A DNA stretch of 64,000 nt from Lama glama (taxonomy: Eukaryota): the NCBI GenBank assembly GCA_028534125.1, contig CM052817.1, positions 49,292,001 to 49,356,000 on the forward strand, given 5' to 3'. Positions 49,961-63,127 of this stretch are shown here, one piece after another. Each line of letters starts with the position of its first letter. Within the stretch, counting starts at the first letter, position 1. The notes under the pieces are model-generated. The model ran no database searches. It had not been told where the DNA came from and saw nothing but the letters and a program-made list of their open reading frames with translations. A program made the translations under genes and the position numbers.

Positions 49961-52900
49961 TTTTTTAACATTTTTTATTGAGTTATAGTCATTTTAAAAT
50001 GTTGTGTCAAATTCCAGTGAGACGGCAATTTTTCAGTTATCATGAACGTACATATGTTTTGTTGTCACATTTTTTTTTGTTGTTGTTGTAAGCTACAAAG
50101 AGATCTTGTATATATTTTCCTGTGGTATACAGTATAAACTTGCTTGTCTATTCTGCATAAGCCTGTCAGTATCTACAAACTTTGAAATCTCACTCTGTCT
50201 CTTCCCACCCACGGGCCCCCTTGGCAACCACAAGTTTGTATACTGTGTCAATGAGTCTGTTTCTGTTTTGTATTTATGTTCTTTTTTTTTCTTTAGATTC
50301 CACATATGAGCGATTTCATATGCTATTATTCTTTCTCTTTCTGGCTTCAGTTACCATGACATTCTCCAGGAGCATCCATATTGCTGCAAATGCTGTTATG
50401 TTGCCAGTTTTTATGGCTGAATAGTATTCCATTGTAGAAATATACCTCTTCTTCTTCATCCACTCATCTGTTGATGGACATTTAGGCTCTTTCTATGTAT
50501 TGGCTATTGTAAATAGTGCTGCTATGAACATTGGGGTGCAGGTGTCTTTTTGAAGTAGGGTTCCTACTGGATATATGCCCAGGAGTGGGATGACTGGGTC
50601 ATAAGGTAAGTCTATTCCTAGTCTTTTGAGGAATCTCCATACTGTTTTCTACAGTGGCAGCACCAAACTGCATTCCCACCAGCAGGGTAGGAGGGTTCTC
50701 TTTTCTCCACAGCCTCTCCAGCATTTGTCATTTGTGGACTTTTGAATGATGGTCATTCTGACTGCTGTGAGGTGATAACCCACTGTAATTTTGATTTGCA
50801 TTTCTCTGATAATTAGTGATACTAAGCATTTTTTTCATGTGCCTATTGATCATTTGTATGTCTTCCTTGGAGAATTGCTTGTTTAGGTCTTTTGCCCATT
50901 TTTGGATTGGGTTATTTGTTTTTTTCTTATTAAGTCATATGAGCTGCTTATATATTCTGGAGATCAAGCCTTTGTGGGCTTCATCGTTTACAGAAATTCT
51001 GTACCATTCAGTAGGTTGTTGTTTTGTTTCACTTAAGGTTTCCTTTGCTGTGTAGAAGCTTGTAAGTTTAATTAGGTTCCATTTGTTTATTCTTGATTTT
51101 ATTTCTATTGCTTGGGTAGACTGCCCTAGGAGAAAATCTTTGAGATGTAGGTCAGATAATGTTTTGCCTATATTTTCTTCTAGGAGGTTTATTGTATCTT
51201 GTCTTATGTTTAAGTCTTTGATCCATTTTGAGTTTATTTTTGTGTGTGGTGTAAGGGAGAGTTCTAGCTTCATTGCTTTACATGCTGCTGTCCAGTTTTC
51301 CCAACACCATTTGCTAAAGAGACTGTCTTTATTCCGTTGTGTATTCTTGCCTCCTTTGTCAAAGATTAGTGACTAAATGTTTGTGGGTTCATTTGTGGGC
51401 TTTCTGTTCTGTTCCATTGGTCTATATATCTGTTTTTGAACCAATACCATGCTGTCTTGATGACCGTAGTTCTATAGTATTGTCTGAAGTCTGGGAGGGT
51501 TATTCCTCCAGCCTCTTTCTTTTTATTCAGTAATGCTTTGGCAATTCTAGGTCTTTTGTGGTTCCATATAAATTTTATTATGACTTGTTCTATTTCTGTG
51601 AAATATATCCTGGGTAATTTCGGAGAGATTGCATTAAATCTGTAGATGGCCTTGGGCAACGTGATCATTTTAACAATATTGATTCTTGCAATCCAGGAGC
51701 ATGGGATATCTCCATTTTCTTAAGTCTTCTTTAATTTCCTTCATCAATGGTTTATAGTTTTTCATGTATACGTCTTTCACCTCCTCGGTTAGATTTATTC
51801 CTAGGTATTTTATTACTTTGGGTGTTATTTTTAAGGGGATTGTTTCTTTACTTTCTTTTTCTTTTGATTCATCATTAGTGTAAAGAAATGCAACTGATTT
51901 TTGAACATTAATCTTGTAACCTGCTAACTTGCTGAATTCTTCAATCAGCTCTAGTAGTCGGCATATAGTGACACTTTTATCTCTTCTTTTCCAATTTGGA
52001 TCCCTTTTATTTCTCTCTCCTGCCTGATTGCTGTGGCTAGGACTTCCAAGACTATGTTAAAAAGGAGTGGTGATAGTGGGCAGTCTTGTCTTGTTCCAAG
52101 TTTTAGTGGGAAGCTTTTGAGGTTTTCACCATTGAGTACTAGGCTGGATGTAGGTTTGCCATACATAGCTTTTATTATTTTGAGATATGTTTCCCCTATA
52201 CCCATGTTGGTGAGAGTTTTTATCATAAATGGGTTTTGAATTTTATCAAATGCTTTTCCTGCATCTATTGAGAAGATCATGTGGTTTTTGTCCTTTCTCT
52301 TGTTGATGTGATGCATTACATTGATGGATTTGCGTATATTGAACCACCCTGTGTCCTTGGGATGAACCCCACTTGATTATGATGTATAATATTTTCTATG
52401 TGCTGTTGGATGCTATTCGCTAATATTTTGGTGAGAAATTTTGTATTTATGTCCATCAGTGATATTGGCCTATAATTCTCTTTTTTGGTGGTGTCTTTGC
52501 CTGGTTTTGGTATCAGGGTGATGGTGGCTTCATAAAATGAGTTTGGGAGTATTCCCTCCTTTTCAACTTTCTGAAAGAGTCTGAGAATGACTGGTATGAG
52601 TTCTTCATTATATGTTTGGTAGGAAATCCCTGGTGAAGCCATCCGGTCCTGGACTTTTATTTGTAGGGAGGATTTTTATTGCTAATTCGATTTCATTTCT
52701 ATTGATCGGTTTGTTCAAGTGGTCAGTTCCTTCTTGGTTCAGTGTTTGTTGACTGTATGTTTCCAGAAACTTGTTCATCTCCTCTAAGTGATCCATTTTG
52801 GTTCCGTATAGTTTTTCATAATATTCTCATGTGATATTCTGTATTTCTATGTTATTTGTTGTAATTTCTCCATTTTCCTTTCTTATTTTGCTTATTTGTG

Positions 52901-55900
52901 CTCTTTTTTCTTCTTTGTGAGTTTGGCTAGAGGTTTGCCCATTTTATTTACTTTTGCAAAACACCAGCTTTTGGTTTGATTGATTTTTTTTCTATTTTTT
53001 TCTTAAACTCTATTTTATTTATTTCCTCCCTGATCTTTATTATTTCCTTCTGCTGCCTTTTGGGGGGTTTTGCTCTTCTTTGTCTAATTCTTTTAGCTGA
53101 TGGGTTAGATTGTTTATTTGAGATTGTTCTTTTTGGGGAAGGCCTGTATTGCTATGAACTTCCCTATTACCACTGCCTTTGCTGTGACCCAAAAAGTTTG
53201 TGTCATCGTGTTTTCATTCTCATCTGTCTAAGGGTATTTTTTAATTTCAACTTTGATTTCATCATTGGCCCATTGGTTTACTATTACCATGTTGTTTAAT
53301 CTCCATGCTTTCCATTTTTTCTCCTTTGTTTCTCTGTAGTTGATTTCTAGTTTCATGGCATTGTGATCAGTAAAGTTGCTAGATATAATCTCTATCTTCT
53401 TAAAATCGTTGAGGCTTCTTTTGTGCCCAAGTACATAATCAATCCTAGAAAATGTTCCATGTGCACTTGGAAAGAATGTATATCCTATTTTTGAGGGGTG
53501 TAATGCTCTGAAAATATCCACCAATTCTAATTTTTCCATTGTATTATTTAGTTTCTCTGTTACTTTATTTTCTGTCTGGAAGGTCAGTCTAGTGATGTTA
53601 ATGTGATGTTAAAATCTCCAACTAGGATTGTATTTCCATCAGTATCCCCCTTTATCTCTGTTAGTAATTGTTTTATGTACTTAGGTGCTCCTATATTGGG
53701 TGCATATATATTAATGAGTGGAATATCCTCATCTTGTATTGCTCCTTTAATCCTTATGAAATGTCCTTCTTCATCTTTCTTTACGGCCTTTGTTTTAAAG
53801 TCTATTTTGTCTGAAATCAGTACTGCTACACCTGCGTTTGTGGCTTTTCCATTTGCATGGAATATCCTTTTCCATCCTTTCACTCTCAATCTATATGTGT
53901 CTCTCTCCCTAAAGTGAGTCTCTTGTATGCAGCGTATTGAAGGTTCTTGCTTTATTGTCCTGTCTGCCACTCTATGTCTTTTGATTGGAGCATTTAGTTT
54001 ATTAACATTTACAGTAATTAATGATAGATGTGTGTTTATTGCCATTTTGAACTTATTTTTGCAGTTGATTTGGTGTTTCCTCTTTGTTCCTTTCTTCTTC
54101 CTTTTGTGGTTTGGTAATTTTCCTTTGTATTATGGCTTTTATTTAGTTTTTGTGGCTTCTTTGTAAGTTTTTGGCTTGTGGTTACCCTTTTTTGTAAGTC
54201 TATTAATGCATTACTATAACTGTTTGTATTAAACAGATAGTAATATAAGCTCAAACCTATCCTACAGAGAACAAAAAATTCTAAAAAGAAAGAAAAAATA
54301 CTCTATATTTTCTTGCTTCCCTCTTCCGCTGTTAGTGATTTAGAAGTCTTCTTTTACAATTTCGTGTTTATTCTATTTGTAATTCAGGTAGTTATCACCT
54401 TTCCAGTTATGAGTTTCTCATTTCCGTAGCACCCTGCTTCTTTTCTATTGAGAGTAGACCTTTCCATATTTCTTTTAGCATGGGGTTACTGTTGCTAAAC
54501 TCCTCTAGTTTTTGCTTGTCTGTGGAATTCTTTATCTCTCCTTCTATTCTAAAGGATAGCCTTGCTGGGTAAAGTATTCTAGGCTGCATCTTTTTTTCAT
54601 TCAGGACTTTGAATATATCTTGCCCCTCCCTTCTGGCCTGTAGTGTTTGTGTAGAGAAATCAGCTGAGAGCCTTATTGGGTTCCCTTGTAACTCACTCTC
54701 TGTTTTTCTCTTGCTGCCTTTAGGATCATTTCTTTATCCTTGACTCTGGCCATCTTGATTATGATATGTCTTGCTGTGGGTCTGTTTGGGTTCTTCCTGT
54801 TTGGGACTCTCTGAGCCTCCTGTACTTGGATATCTGATTCCTTCTTTAAGTTTGGGAAGTTTTCAGTCATGATTTCTTCAAATACCTTTTCAAACCCTTT
54901 TGGTTTTTCTTCCACTTCTGAAACTCCTCTTATGTATAGATTGGCATGCTTTATATTATCCCATAGGTCCCTTATATTGTTTTCATTTGTTTTTATTTGT
55001 TTTTCTCTCAGCTGTTCTGATTGGGTGCTTTCTGTTGTCCTGTCTTCTAGGACACTTATTCGTTCCTCTGCATTATCTAGTCTGCTTTGTACAGCCTTTA
55101 GAACCACTCTCGTCTCAGCCAGTAAGTTTACCAATTCTACTTGGCACCTTAAAGCTTCAGTTTCATTTTTGGCATATTTTATATCTCTAAACACTATTTC
55201 TTTTAGTTCCTTCAGTACTTTGATCACTCCTTTTTTTGATATCTTGATCTAGTAGGCCATCAATGTCTATTTCATTGATCGTTCTTTCAGGGGATTTCTC
55301 TTGCTCTTTTAATTGGGAGTGGTTCCTCTACTTCTTCATATTGGTCAGATCTCTCTGGCACTGTGGCTTATGGAGTATACAGTTACCTATTGTGGTCCTT
55401 AAGGAGTTTATTTATTTATCCATCTATAGCCTATGCAGGAATAAAACTTTAAAAAGTACAATTTAAAAAGAAGGGAGAAAAAAGGTTTAAAGACAGTGTA
55501 TAATCAATAATGGAACAGCAAGTTGAAGAAGAATAGCAGTTGAGACGTCTTTCAAATCCTTAAAAAAAGAGAAAAGATTAAAATATATATATGTTTGAGA
55601 CCTGTGTATAATCAATTACAGAAGGTCAATACCAAGAGAAATAAAAATGAAATGAGGTGGATTTTTAAAAATAATAATAACAAAAATATTTTAAAACAAA
55701 AATTTAAAAGGGATTAGAACTGTAGACATATACAATTGTTTAAAAATTAAAGATTAAAAAGGTAATATAAAAGAGAACAGATAAAAAAAAAGATTTTTTA
55801 AAAAAGGGATGTGTTCTCCTGGAGACTGTGCATTCTTCATGATTATATTGAGAATTATTTCTGTCTTCATCCTATTTTGCAAACTCATCTTGCTGTTTCC

Positions 55901-57120
55901 AGAGGCCCTCCATTGATGACCTCACGTGTGCTGCTCCCAGTGCCTGTTGGCAAGCAGAACACACCCCCTCCCAACACTGGGTCGGGTGCTGCTCTTTTAC
56001 AAGGTGGGTAGCAGGTCACCCCCCTGCCTATGTCGCAGGCAGATACTGTGCTCAGCCGAGGTAAGTGGGCATATCGTGCCCCCTCCCAGCATGGCGGTCA
56101 GGTGCTGCGTTTCTGCCAGGAAGGCAGGTGGTTGCCTGCCCTCTCGGTGCCGGTTGCTCCACTGCTCTGTGCAGCTGTCCGCCTCGCCTCTGATCGGCAC
56201 TCCATAGGCCTGCTAGGGGGAAGGCCGTGGAACAGCCCCGCCCCTGCTCCATGCCAAAACTCAGCTCCTTGTTTGTCTTGGCGGCCCAAGTACTCTGATG
56301 TACCAGGGCAGAAAGATGCTATCCGCATCAGGCTGTAAACAGATCTCAGTCATGCCTAGGAAGTTGCAGAACCCCCAGGTGCGGGTTCAGGTCTCGGCCA
56401 TGCTCCCACCTAGGCACTGCACACAGGAGGATATGACAGCTGTGGCTGTGCCCCGCCTCTGTTCTCCAGAGAAGTGCCAGTAATGGCTCCGCGAGTCTGA
56501 AGAGACAAAGTCTACAGCACCTCTCCCCCAGGGCACACCAACAGTGTTGCTTTGCTTTTTTTTTTTTTTTTAGCAATTTATGGGGGACCCAGGTTGTTCT
56601 GCTCTGTATCCACTCCCAGCCATGGTGCGCAGCACGCTGCATTCCTCCCAGGGTGCCTCAGTGCAGCTGCCCCAGTACTCCACCCGCCTTGGGCAGCCTG
56701 TCCTGTCCCACAGCTGCCAACTCATGTCTCAGGCTGGGTGTCACAGGGACACTTAGTGCCCGTTTAACTTATTTCTGTCAGTCAAAGGTGGCTGTGTACA
56801 AACCTGAGCCACGGTGGTTCCCCCTCTGATAAACTGGCCTCTTCGTTGGAGAGGGGAGACCACGTGAATGAGCGCTATTCCTTCTTTGCCACACACTCCC
56901 CATGGGACTAGTCCCGCACTGTTTTACTTTTTCTTCTTTCTTTTTTCCTTTTCTCCTACAAGATTCATGGCATCTTTGTCTTTTGAAGAGGGCAGTGTTC
57001 TGTTGGAGTTCAGCAGGTGCTCTGGTGGCTGGGTGGATCCATGGATGTGAGTTTTGGTGTATTTGTGGGAGAGGGTAAGCTACAAGCATCCTTCTACTCT
57101 GTCATCTTGGCCCCAAGTTC
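49961..57120 (-). mobile_element. Full-length LINE-1 (copy 2), ORFs disrupted, antisense in intron 2 of gene C
   Basis: 17-bp TSD TGGACTGCAAATTCTTT (49944-49960) / TGGATTGCAAATTCTTT (57121-57137); ORF1 remnant 55339-54407; ORF2 from 54045 (EN, RT ..YAD.., C-terminus); collinear with copy 1. Confidence 0.97.
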
Positions 57121-57464
57121 TGGATTGCAAATTCTTTCATTTATTTACGGGAACATTCTCAGTGTCCATAGGCTGAAACGACATTAGTAAAAGTTCTGTG
57201 CAATCTAACCCTGTTTTTAAAAGACGTATTCATTCTCATTTCAGGAAAGTCACAGTGTTTGTAAAAGGGGAAGTTAGGAGCAGAGAAAGGACAAATGGAT
57301 GATTTGCAGTATAATGATATTAATTAGTAACAGTAGCTGTTTGATTAAGTTGCAAAACAAGATCTGAATCCAACAGGATGATTGTGAATTTTCCATTATG
57401 TAAAAAAATCTATTCCTTAAAACTACTAATTTTTCCATTAATTTTGAGTTTCACATAAAATTTC

Positions 57465-60100
57465 TGATGAGTCTTATGGTATCCGGTCTTGTGTTTAAGT
57501 CTTTGATCCATTTTGAGTTAATTTTTGTAAGAGGAGGGATTCAAAGAAAGATGGCAGAGTAGAAGGATGCTTGTAGCTCACCCTCTCCCACAATACACCA
57601 AAACTCACATCTTCAGACCTACTCAGCCAACCAGAGCACCTGCCAAACCCCAAAAAAACATCGCCATGCTAAAAGAAATGTTGACAGGTCTATTCTAAAT
57701 AGAAAAGAAGCAGGATGCTACAAAACATGAGAAACTCATAACTGGAAAGGAGATAATTGCCATGAATTACAAAAACAATAAACACAAAATTGTAAAGGAA
57801 GACATCAAAATCATTAAGAGTGGGAGAGGGAAGCAAGGAAAGCCACTGTGGAAAACAGTATGGAGATTCGTCAAAAGATTAGGAATAGATTTACCATATG
57901 ACCCAGGAATCCCAATCCTGGGCATATATCCAGAAGGAATCCTACTTGAAAATGACACCTGCACCCCAATGTTCATAGCAGCACTATTTACAATAGTGAA
58001 GACATGGAAACAGACTAAATGTCCATCAACAGATGACTGAGTAAAGAAGATGTAGTATATTTATATGATGGAATATTATTCAGCCATAAAAACCGACAAC
58101 ATAATGCCATATGCAGCAACATGGATGTTCTTGGAGAATGTCATTCCGAGTGAAGTAAGCCAGAAAGAGAAACAAAAATACCATATAAGATCGCTCATAT
58201 GAGGAATCTAAAAACAAAACAAAAAAAAACATAAATACAAAACAGAAACACACTCATAGACATAGAATACAAACTTGTGGTTGTCAAGGGGGCATGGGAT
58301 GGGAAGAGACAGACTGGGATTTTAAAATGCAGAATAGATAAACAGGATTCTACTATATAGCAAAGGGAAATATAAACAAGATCTTGTGGTAGCTCATAGT
58401 GAAAAAAAAAGTGACAATGATTATATAAATGTTCATATATAACTGAAAAATTGTGCTCCACACTAGAATTTGACACAACATTGTAAAATGAATATTACTC
58501 AATAAAAAATTTTTAAAAAAATTTTTTGTAGGAGAGTCTAAAATAGGGGTCTCTTTTCATTTTGTGCATTTGGTTATCCAGTTTTCTGAGAAGAAAAAGA
58601 GACTAACTTTTCCCCACTGAGGGACTTCCCTCCCTTGTTGGATATTAGTTGACTATATATGTAGAGGTTTAATTCTGGACTTTGCATTCTGCTTAAATTG
58701 TCAAACTCTCTGTATTTTTAGTTCAGTATCATATTGTTAAAAACAATAGCTTGTACTACGATTTGAAATTGGTAGCTGTGATGCCTTGGGCTTTGGGTGG
58801 TGTGGATAGTTTAACAAGATCAGTTCTTCTGATGCATGAACAAATGATGCCTTTCCATTTATCTCTCTTTTTTTTTAACTTTCAACAAATTCTTATAATT
58901 ATTACTGTACAAATCCTTCACTTCATTGGTTAAATTTATTTTTATACTTATTTTATTGTTTCTCATGCTATATTGAATGAATAGTTTTTCATATATTGCA
59001 TTATTAATATAGAGAAATGCAAATAATTTCTGTATGATAATTTCTTTATCCTGCAACTTTACTGAATTCATTACTACTTCAGATTTTCTTTCACTCTCTG
59101 GAATTTTCCATACCAAAAAAAGTGTAATCTGCAAAAACATGAATATTTTACTTCTTCCTTTCTGATTTGAGTGTCTTTTACTTCTTTATTTGCTTAAATG
59201 ATCTAAGCTAGGACTTTTAGTTCTATGTTGAATGAGTGTGACAGTGGGAACCCTGGCCTTTTCCTGATCTTAGAAGAAAAGCTTTCAAGTTTTCACTGAT
59301 GACGATTAGTTTTGGGTTTGTCACATATGGCCTTTATTATGATGAGGTATGTCTTCTATATATCGAATATGTTGAGGTTTTTAATCATCAAAGAATATTG
59401 TATATTTTCAAATGCCCTTCTTTTCTCTATTGACATGATCAAGTTATTTTATCTTTCATTCTATTAGTGCAATAGCCTGTATTTATTGATTTGGGTATGT
59501 TGAGCCATTCTTGCATTCCAGGGGGAAATCACACTTCGTCATGGTATATAAAATTTTCAATGTGTTTTGAATTTTAAATTTGGCTGGCTGATATTCTGCT
59601 AAGAATTTCTGCATCTATATTCATCTTGCATATTGGCTTATACCCTTCTTTACTTGTAATGACCTTATCTATTTCGTATCTGCATAATACTGTCCTTGTA
59701 GAATGAGTTTGGAAAGGTTCACTACCTCTTTTTAATTTTTGGAAGTGTTTTTGAAGGACTGGCATTAATTATTCCATAAATGTTAGAATTTAACAGTGAA
59801 TCCACCTGGTCCTGTGGTTTTCTATGCTGGGCAGTTTGTGATTACTGATTTAAACTCTTTACTCATTATGACTGTTCACATTTTCTAAATCTTTCTGTTT
59901 CAGTCTTTACAGGTTGCATATTTCTAGAAATTTACTGATTCTTCTCGGTTACGTACTTTGTTAGCACGTAATTCCTCATAGAAATCTATTATGACCCGAT
60001 GTAGGTTCAGTTGTAATGTCTCCTCTTTCATTTCTAAGGTTATCTGAGTCTTCTTTCTTAGTTAATTTAGCTAGAGGATATCATCAATGTTCATCTTTTT
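57465..60100 (-). mobile_element. Older degraded L1 ORF2 fragment, interrupted by the 57534-58522 element
   Basis: ..TTTAAGTCTTTGATCCATTTTGAGTTAATTTTTGTA continues after the insert with ..AGGGGTCTCTTTTCATTTTGTGCAT..; RT-like fragments such as YKPICKMNIDAEILSRISASQI. Confidence 0.85.
57534..58522 (+). mobile_element. Internally deleted ~1 kb L1 derivative (5' tip + ORF1 end/spacer + ORF2 end/3' UTR)
   Basis: Three blocks matching separate parts of L1 copies 1/2, junctions at about 57665 and 57840; flanked by TTTTTGTAAGAG (57522-57533) / TTTTTGTAGGAG (58523-58534). Confidence 0.85.
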
Positions 60101-60104
60101 GAAA

Positions 60105-60510
60105 ACACAGAGCAAAACAAATACTGTATGATACCTTTATGTGTGGAATCTAAAAAAGTTGAACTCGTAAAAACTGAGAGTAATACAGTGGTTACCAAGG
60201 GCTAGAGGATGGGAGAAAAGGAGAGATGTTATTTAAGAGTAAAAACTTGCATCTTATAGTAAATTACCCCTAGAGATTTAAGGTAAAGCGTAGTGAATAT
60301 AGACAACAATATTATAACTATCAAACTCGGTAAGAGACTAGATCTTAGTTATTCCAACTACAGAAAGGAATAATAATCATGTGTCACGATAGATGTGTGA
60401 TATAACATCAAAATGGGAATCTTATTACAATATATAAATGTATCAAATCAATATGCTATACAACTTAAATTCAATAATCTTATATGACAAATATACTTAT
60501 CTTTTAAAAG
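60105..60510 (+). mobile_element. L1MA-type 3' end
   Basis: CAAATACTGTATGATACC..TGTGGAATCTAAAAAAGTTGAACTC..GTGGTTACCAAGGGCT..TATATAAATGTATCAAATCAA. Confidence 0.75.
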
Positions 60511-62299
60511 CGACGTAGCATTTTAAACTAAGGATACCCCTGGATCGAGAGTATAGATAAATCTTATTTCATTTTTATACATTTTCATATTTTGCATACT
60601 TTCATGCCATGAACTTTTATTTTCATAAAGATGTCAGACAATGAGAATAACCAGGCCACAACGGCAATTAAATTTTAAAGAAAGGATGTATTACAATAGT
60701 ATGATAGAGATCCATCATCACCAGGAGACATGAAGCAGCTTTGGGGCGCAAGCCAATGAGAAAAAAAACACTGAAGTCAGATCACTTTAAATGCTGGAAC
60801 ATGGTCACTGGAAATACACACATTATCTGGATACACCATGAGACTCACAGGGAAGTTCAGAGAAATCAGAATTGAAACTGATCATCAGGGTGCAATTATA
60901 CTTTTGAAGAATGATCTACACAATACACAAGTCTAGAGGGTAAGAGTTTGAAAAAAATTCCCTCTTGTCTTGTTCCTATTAAAACTAGTTTTGAAAAGAA
61001 GTTTTTAAAAAAGTTTCTACTGTATAGCACAGAGAAGTATATTCGATAACTTCTAATAACCTATAATGAAAAACAATATAAAAAGGAATGTGTATATATA
61101 ACAATCACAATGCTGTACAGAAGAAATTTATATAGTAGAGTAAACTGACTATACTTTAATAAAAAATACGACATTAATCATGATCATAAACTATACATTT
61201 TAAATGGAAGGATGGGGTCAGAATTTTCCAGAAAGAAAAGAATAATGAATGTAAAAAAGAAGAAAGACATTTCAAAGAGAGGAGTGTATGGTTTCATCAC
61301 ATAATCAGGAAAATTTTGCTCCTCTGCATTGTTTTGTAATAGAGAATATTGGACACTGTGGAACTATTCTAGTGCAGAGTAATAAATTTTTTAAATTAGG
61401 GTCAAGGACTACAAGACAAATTAATTCTGAAAGAATTCCAATCAAATAGAGCTTCACCAGGAGCTTTCTTTAGTGTGACATGAACTACTCACAAGTGACC
61501 AGATCTCTGCTACAGAAAGCCTGGTGTACCTCTCCCACTGTGGGGCAGGTGCTCCCCAGGGGACTTAGTGAGGTGATAATGAGGGTCCCTCACAGCCCGT
61601 TGTACATAGCACATCCTGCTGTGACAGCAAGTATACAATGTGATTTCAGAGCAGAGGGTGTCCTGTGGAAACAAACCCAGCAGTATGGTCACTCAGAAAT
61701 GCAACTACACAAGTATATCTCTTGGTTATTAATAGGACACACGGGGCTCTTTCACAGAAATTCTAAACTATAACACCAGACTCCTCAATGTCAGTGACTA
61801 GTAATTTAGAGACAGATTTGGGGAACTTCTGAGAAACACTAAGGTACGAGGATTATAGATCTGTGAGAAGGATAAAGTCATTCAAATCCTAACTTTTTCT
61901 TAGTGATCAGGGATCACTTAGTGATCATTTCATAGTCAGGGAAATGAAATACTAATGACTAATCTAAAATAATTCTCTAGAAAGTACCTGGAATAAACAA
62001 ATGATTTAGGAGAACTATAATAAGAAAGAATTAAAGGTGAGTTAAGATCCCGCTAGATGAACTCCTTCCAAGGATCTATGTTAGTAATTAATAACATGAC
62101 TGATGAAGAGTCTAACACTGTTTACCAGTGTGTCCTCCTAACTACTGTGTACTGCCTCTATCTCATTTCTTGCTTATACGCACACATTTGCACAGATACA
62201 TATAACAGAAGACACTGACCTCACATCACACATCTCCTTCCCTAGGACGCATTAGGGATGAGGTCTATTAAAACAAAGCCATTACTAAAAACTTTCGAG

Positions 62300-62870
62300 G
62301 AGTTTCCTCAAAAAATATAAAATAGAATTACCATATGGTCCAGCTATTTCTCTTCTGGCTGTGTATACAAAAGAACTGAACCTAGCACCCCAAGGAGATA
62401 TTTGCACACCATATTCATAAAGGCATTATTCACAAGAGCCAAGAACTTGAAACAACCCAATTCTCCATGAACAGATACAGCAATAAAAAAAAAGTGTGGA
62501 ACACAAAAACACTGGAATATCACTCAGTCTTTACAAGAAGATTCTGACACACGACACATGAATGAACCTTAGGATAAGGGAAGTAAGCCAGTGACAAACA
62601 GACAAGTACTATACAACTCAACAGATATGAGGTATCTGGACTAATCAAATTTGTAGAAACACAGAGTAGAATCATGATTGCAGGGGGCTGGGATCAAAGA
62701 GGAAAATGGAGTTTTTAATGGGCACAGACTTCCAGTTTTGCCAGATGAAAAAGTTCTACAGATCGGTTCCACAAAGTGAATGTACTTAACACTTCTGAAC
62801 TACAGACTTAGGAATGACTAAGATGGTAAATTGTATGTTACATATATTTTACCAGTTTTTTTTTTCAAAA
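62300..62870 (+). mobile_element. L1MB-type 3' end
   Basis: AAATAGAATTACCATATGGTCCAGC..GATATTTGCACACC..GATGAAAAAGTTCT..TAAGATGGTAAATT. Confidence 0.75.
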
Positions 62871-62995
62871 AGCCACTACTCAAATAATTCCTGATTGTAT
62901 CAGAATTTTTTCTATTCAGCTGTTTGTAGCAATCCTTTCAATAACGTTTGCTATGCTGTTGCTCATTTGTAATGGAGAAAATTCTTTTTTGACAG

Positions 62996-63127
62996 GAAAT
63001 GGAAGAGTTTGTCCAGAGCTCAGGAGAAGATGGTATTGTGGTGTTTACTTTGGGGTCGATTGTCACTAACATAACAGAAGAAAGAGCCAATGTGATTGCA
63101 TCAGCCCTTGCCCAGATTCCACAAAAG
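62996..63127 (+). CDS. UGT2B-like gene C, exon 3 (132 bp)
   Basis: [53 protein letters not shown]. Exons 4-6 expected beyond the window. Confidence 0.95.

Noticed and set aside
61901..61928. Small TAGTGATC..GATCACTTA..GTGATCA inverted/direct repeat
   Set aside because: Too short and isolated to distinguish from chance.
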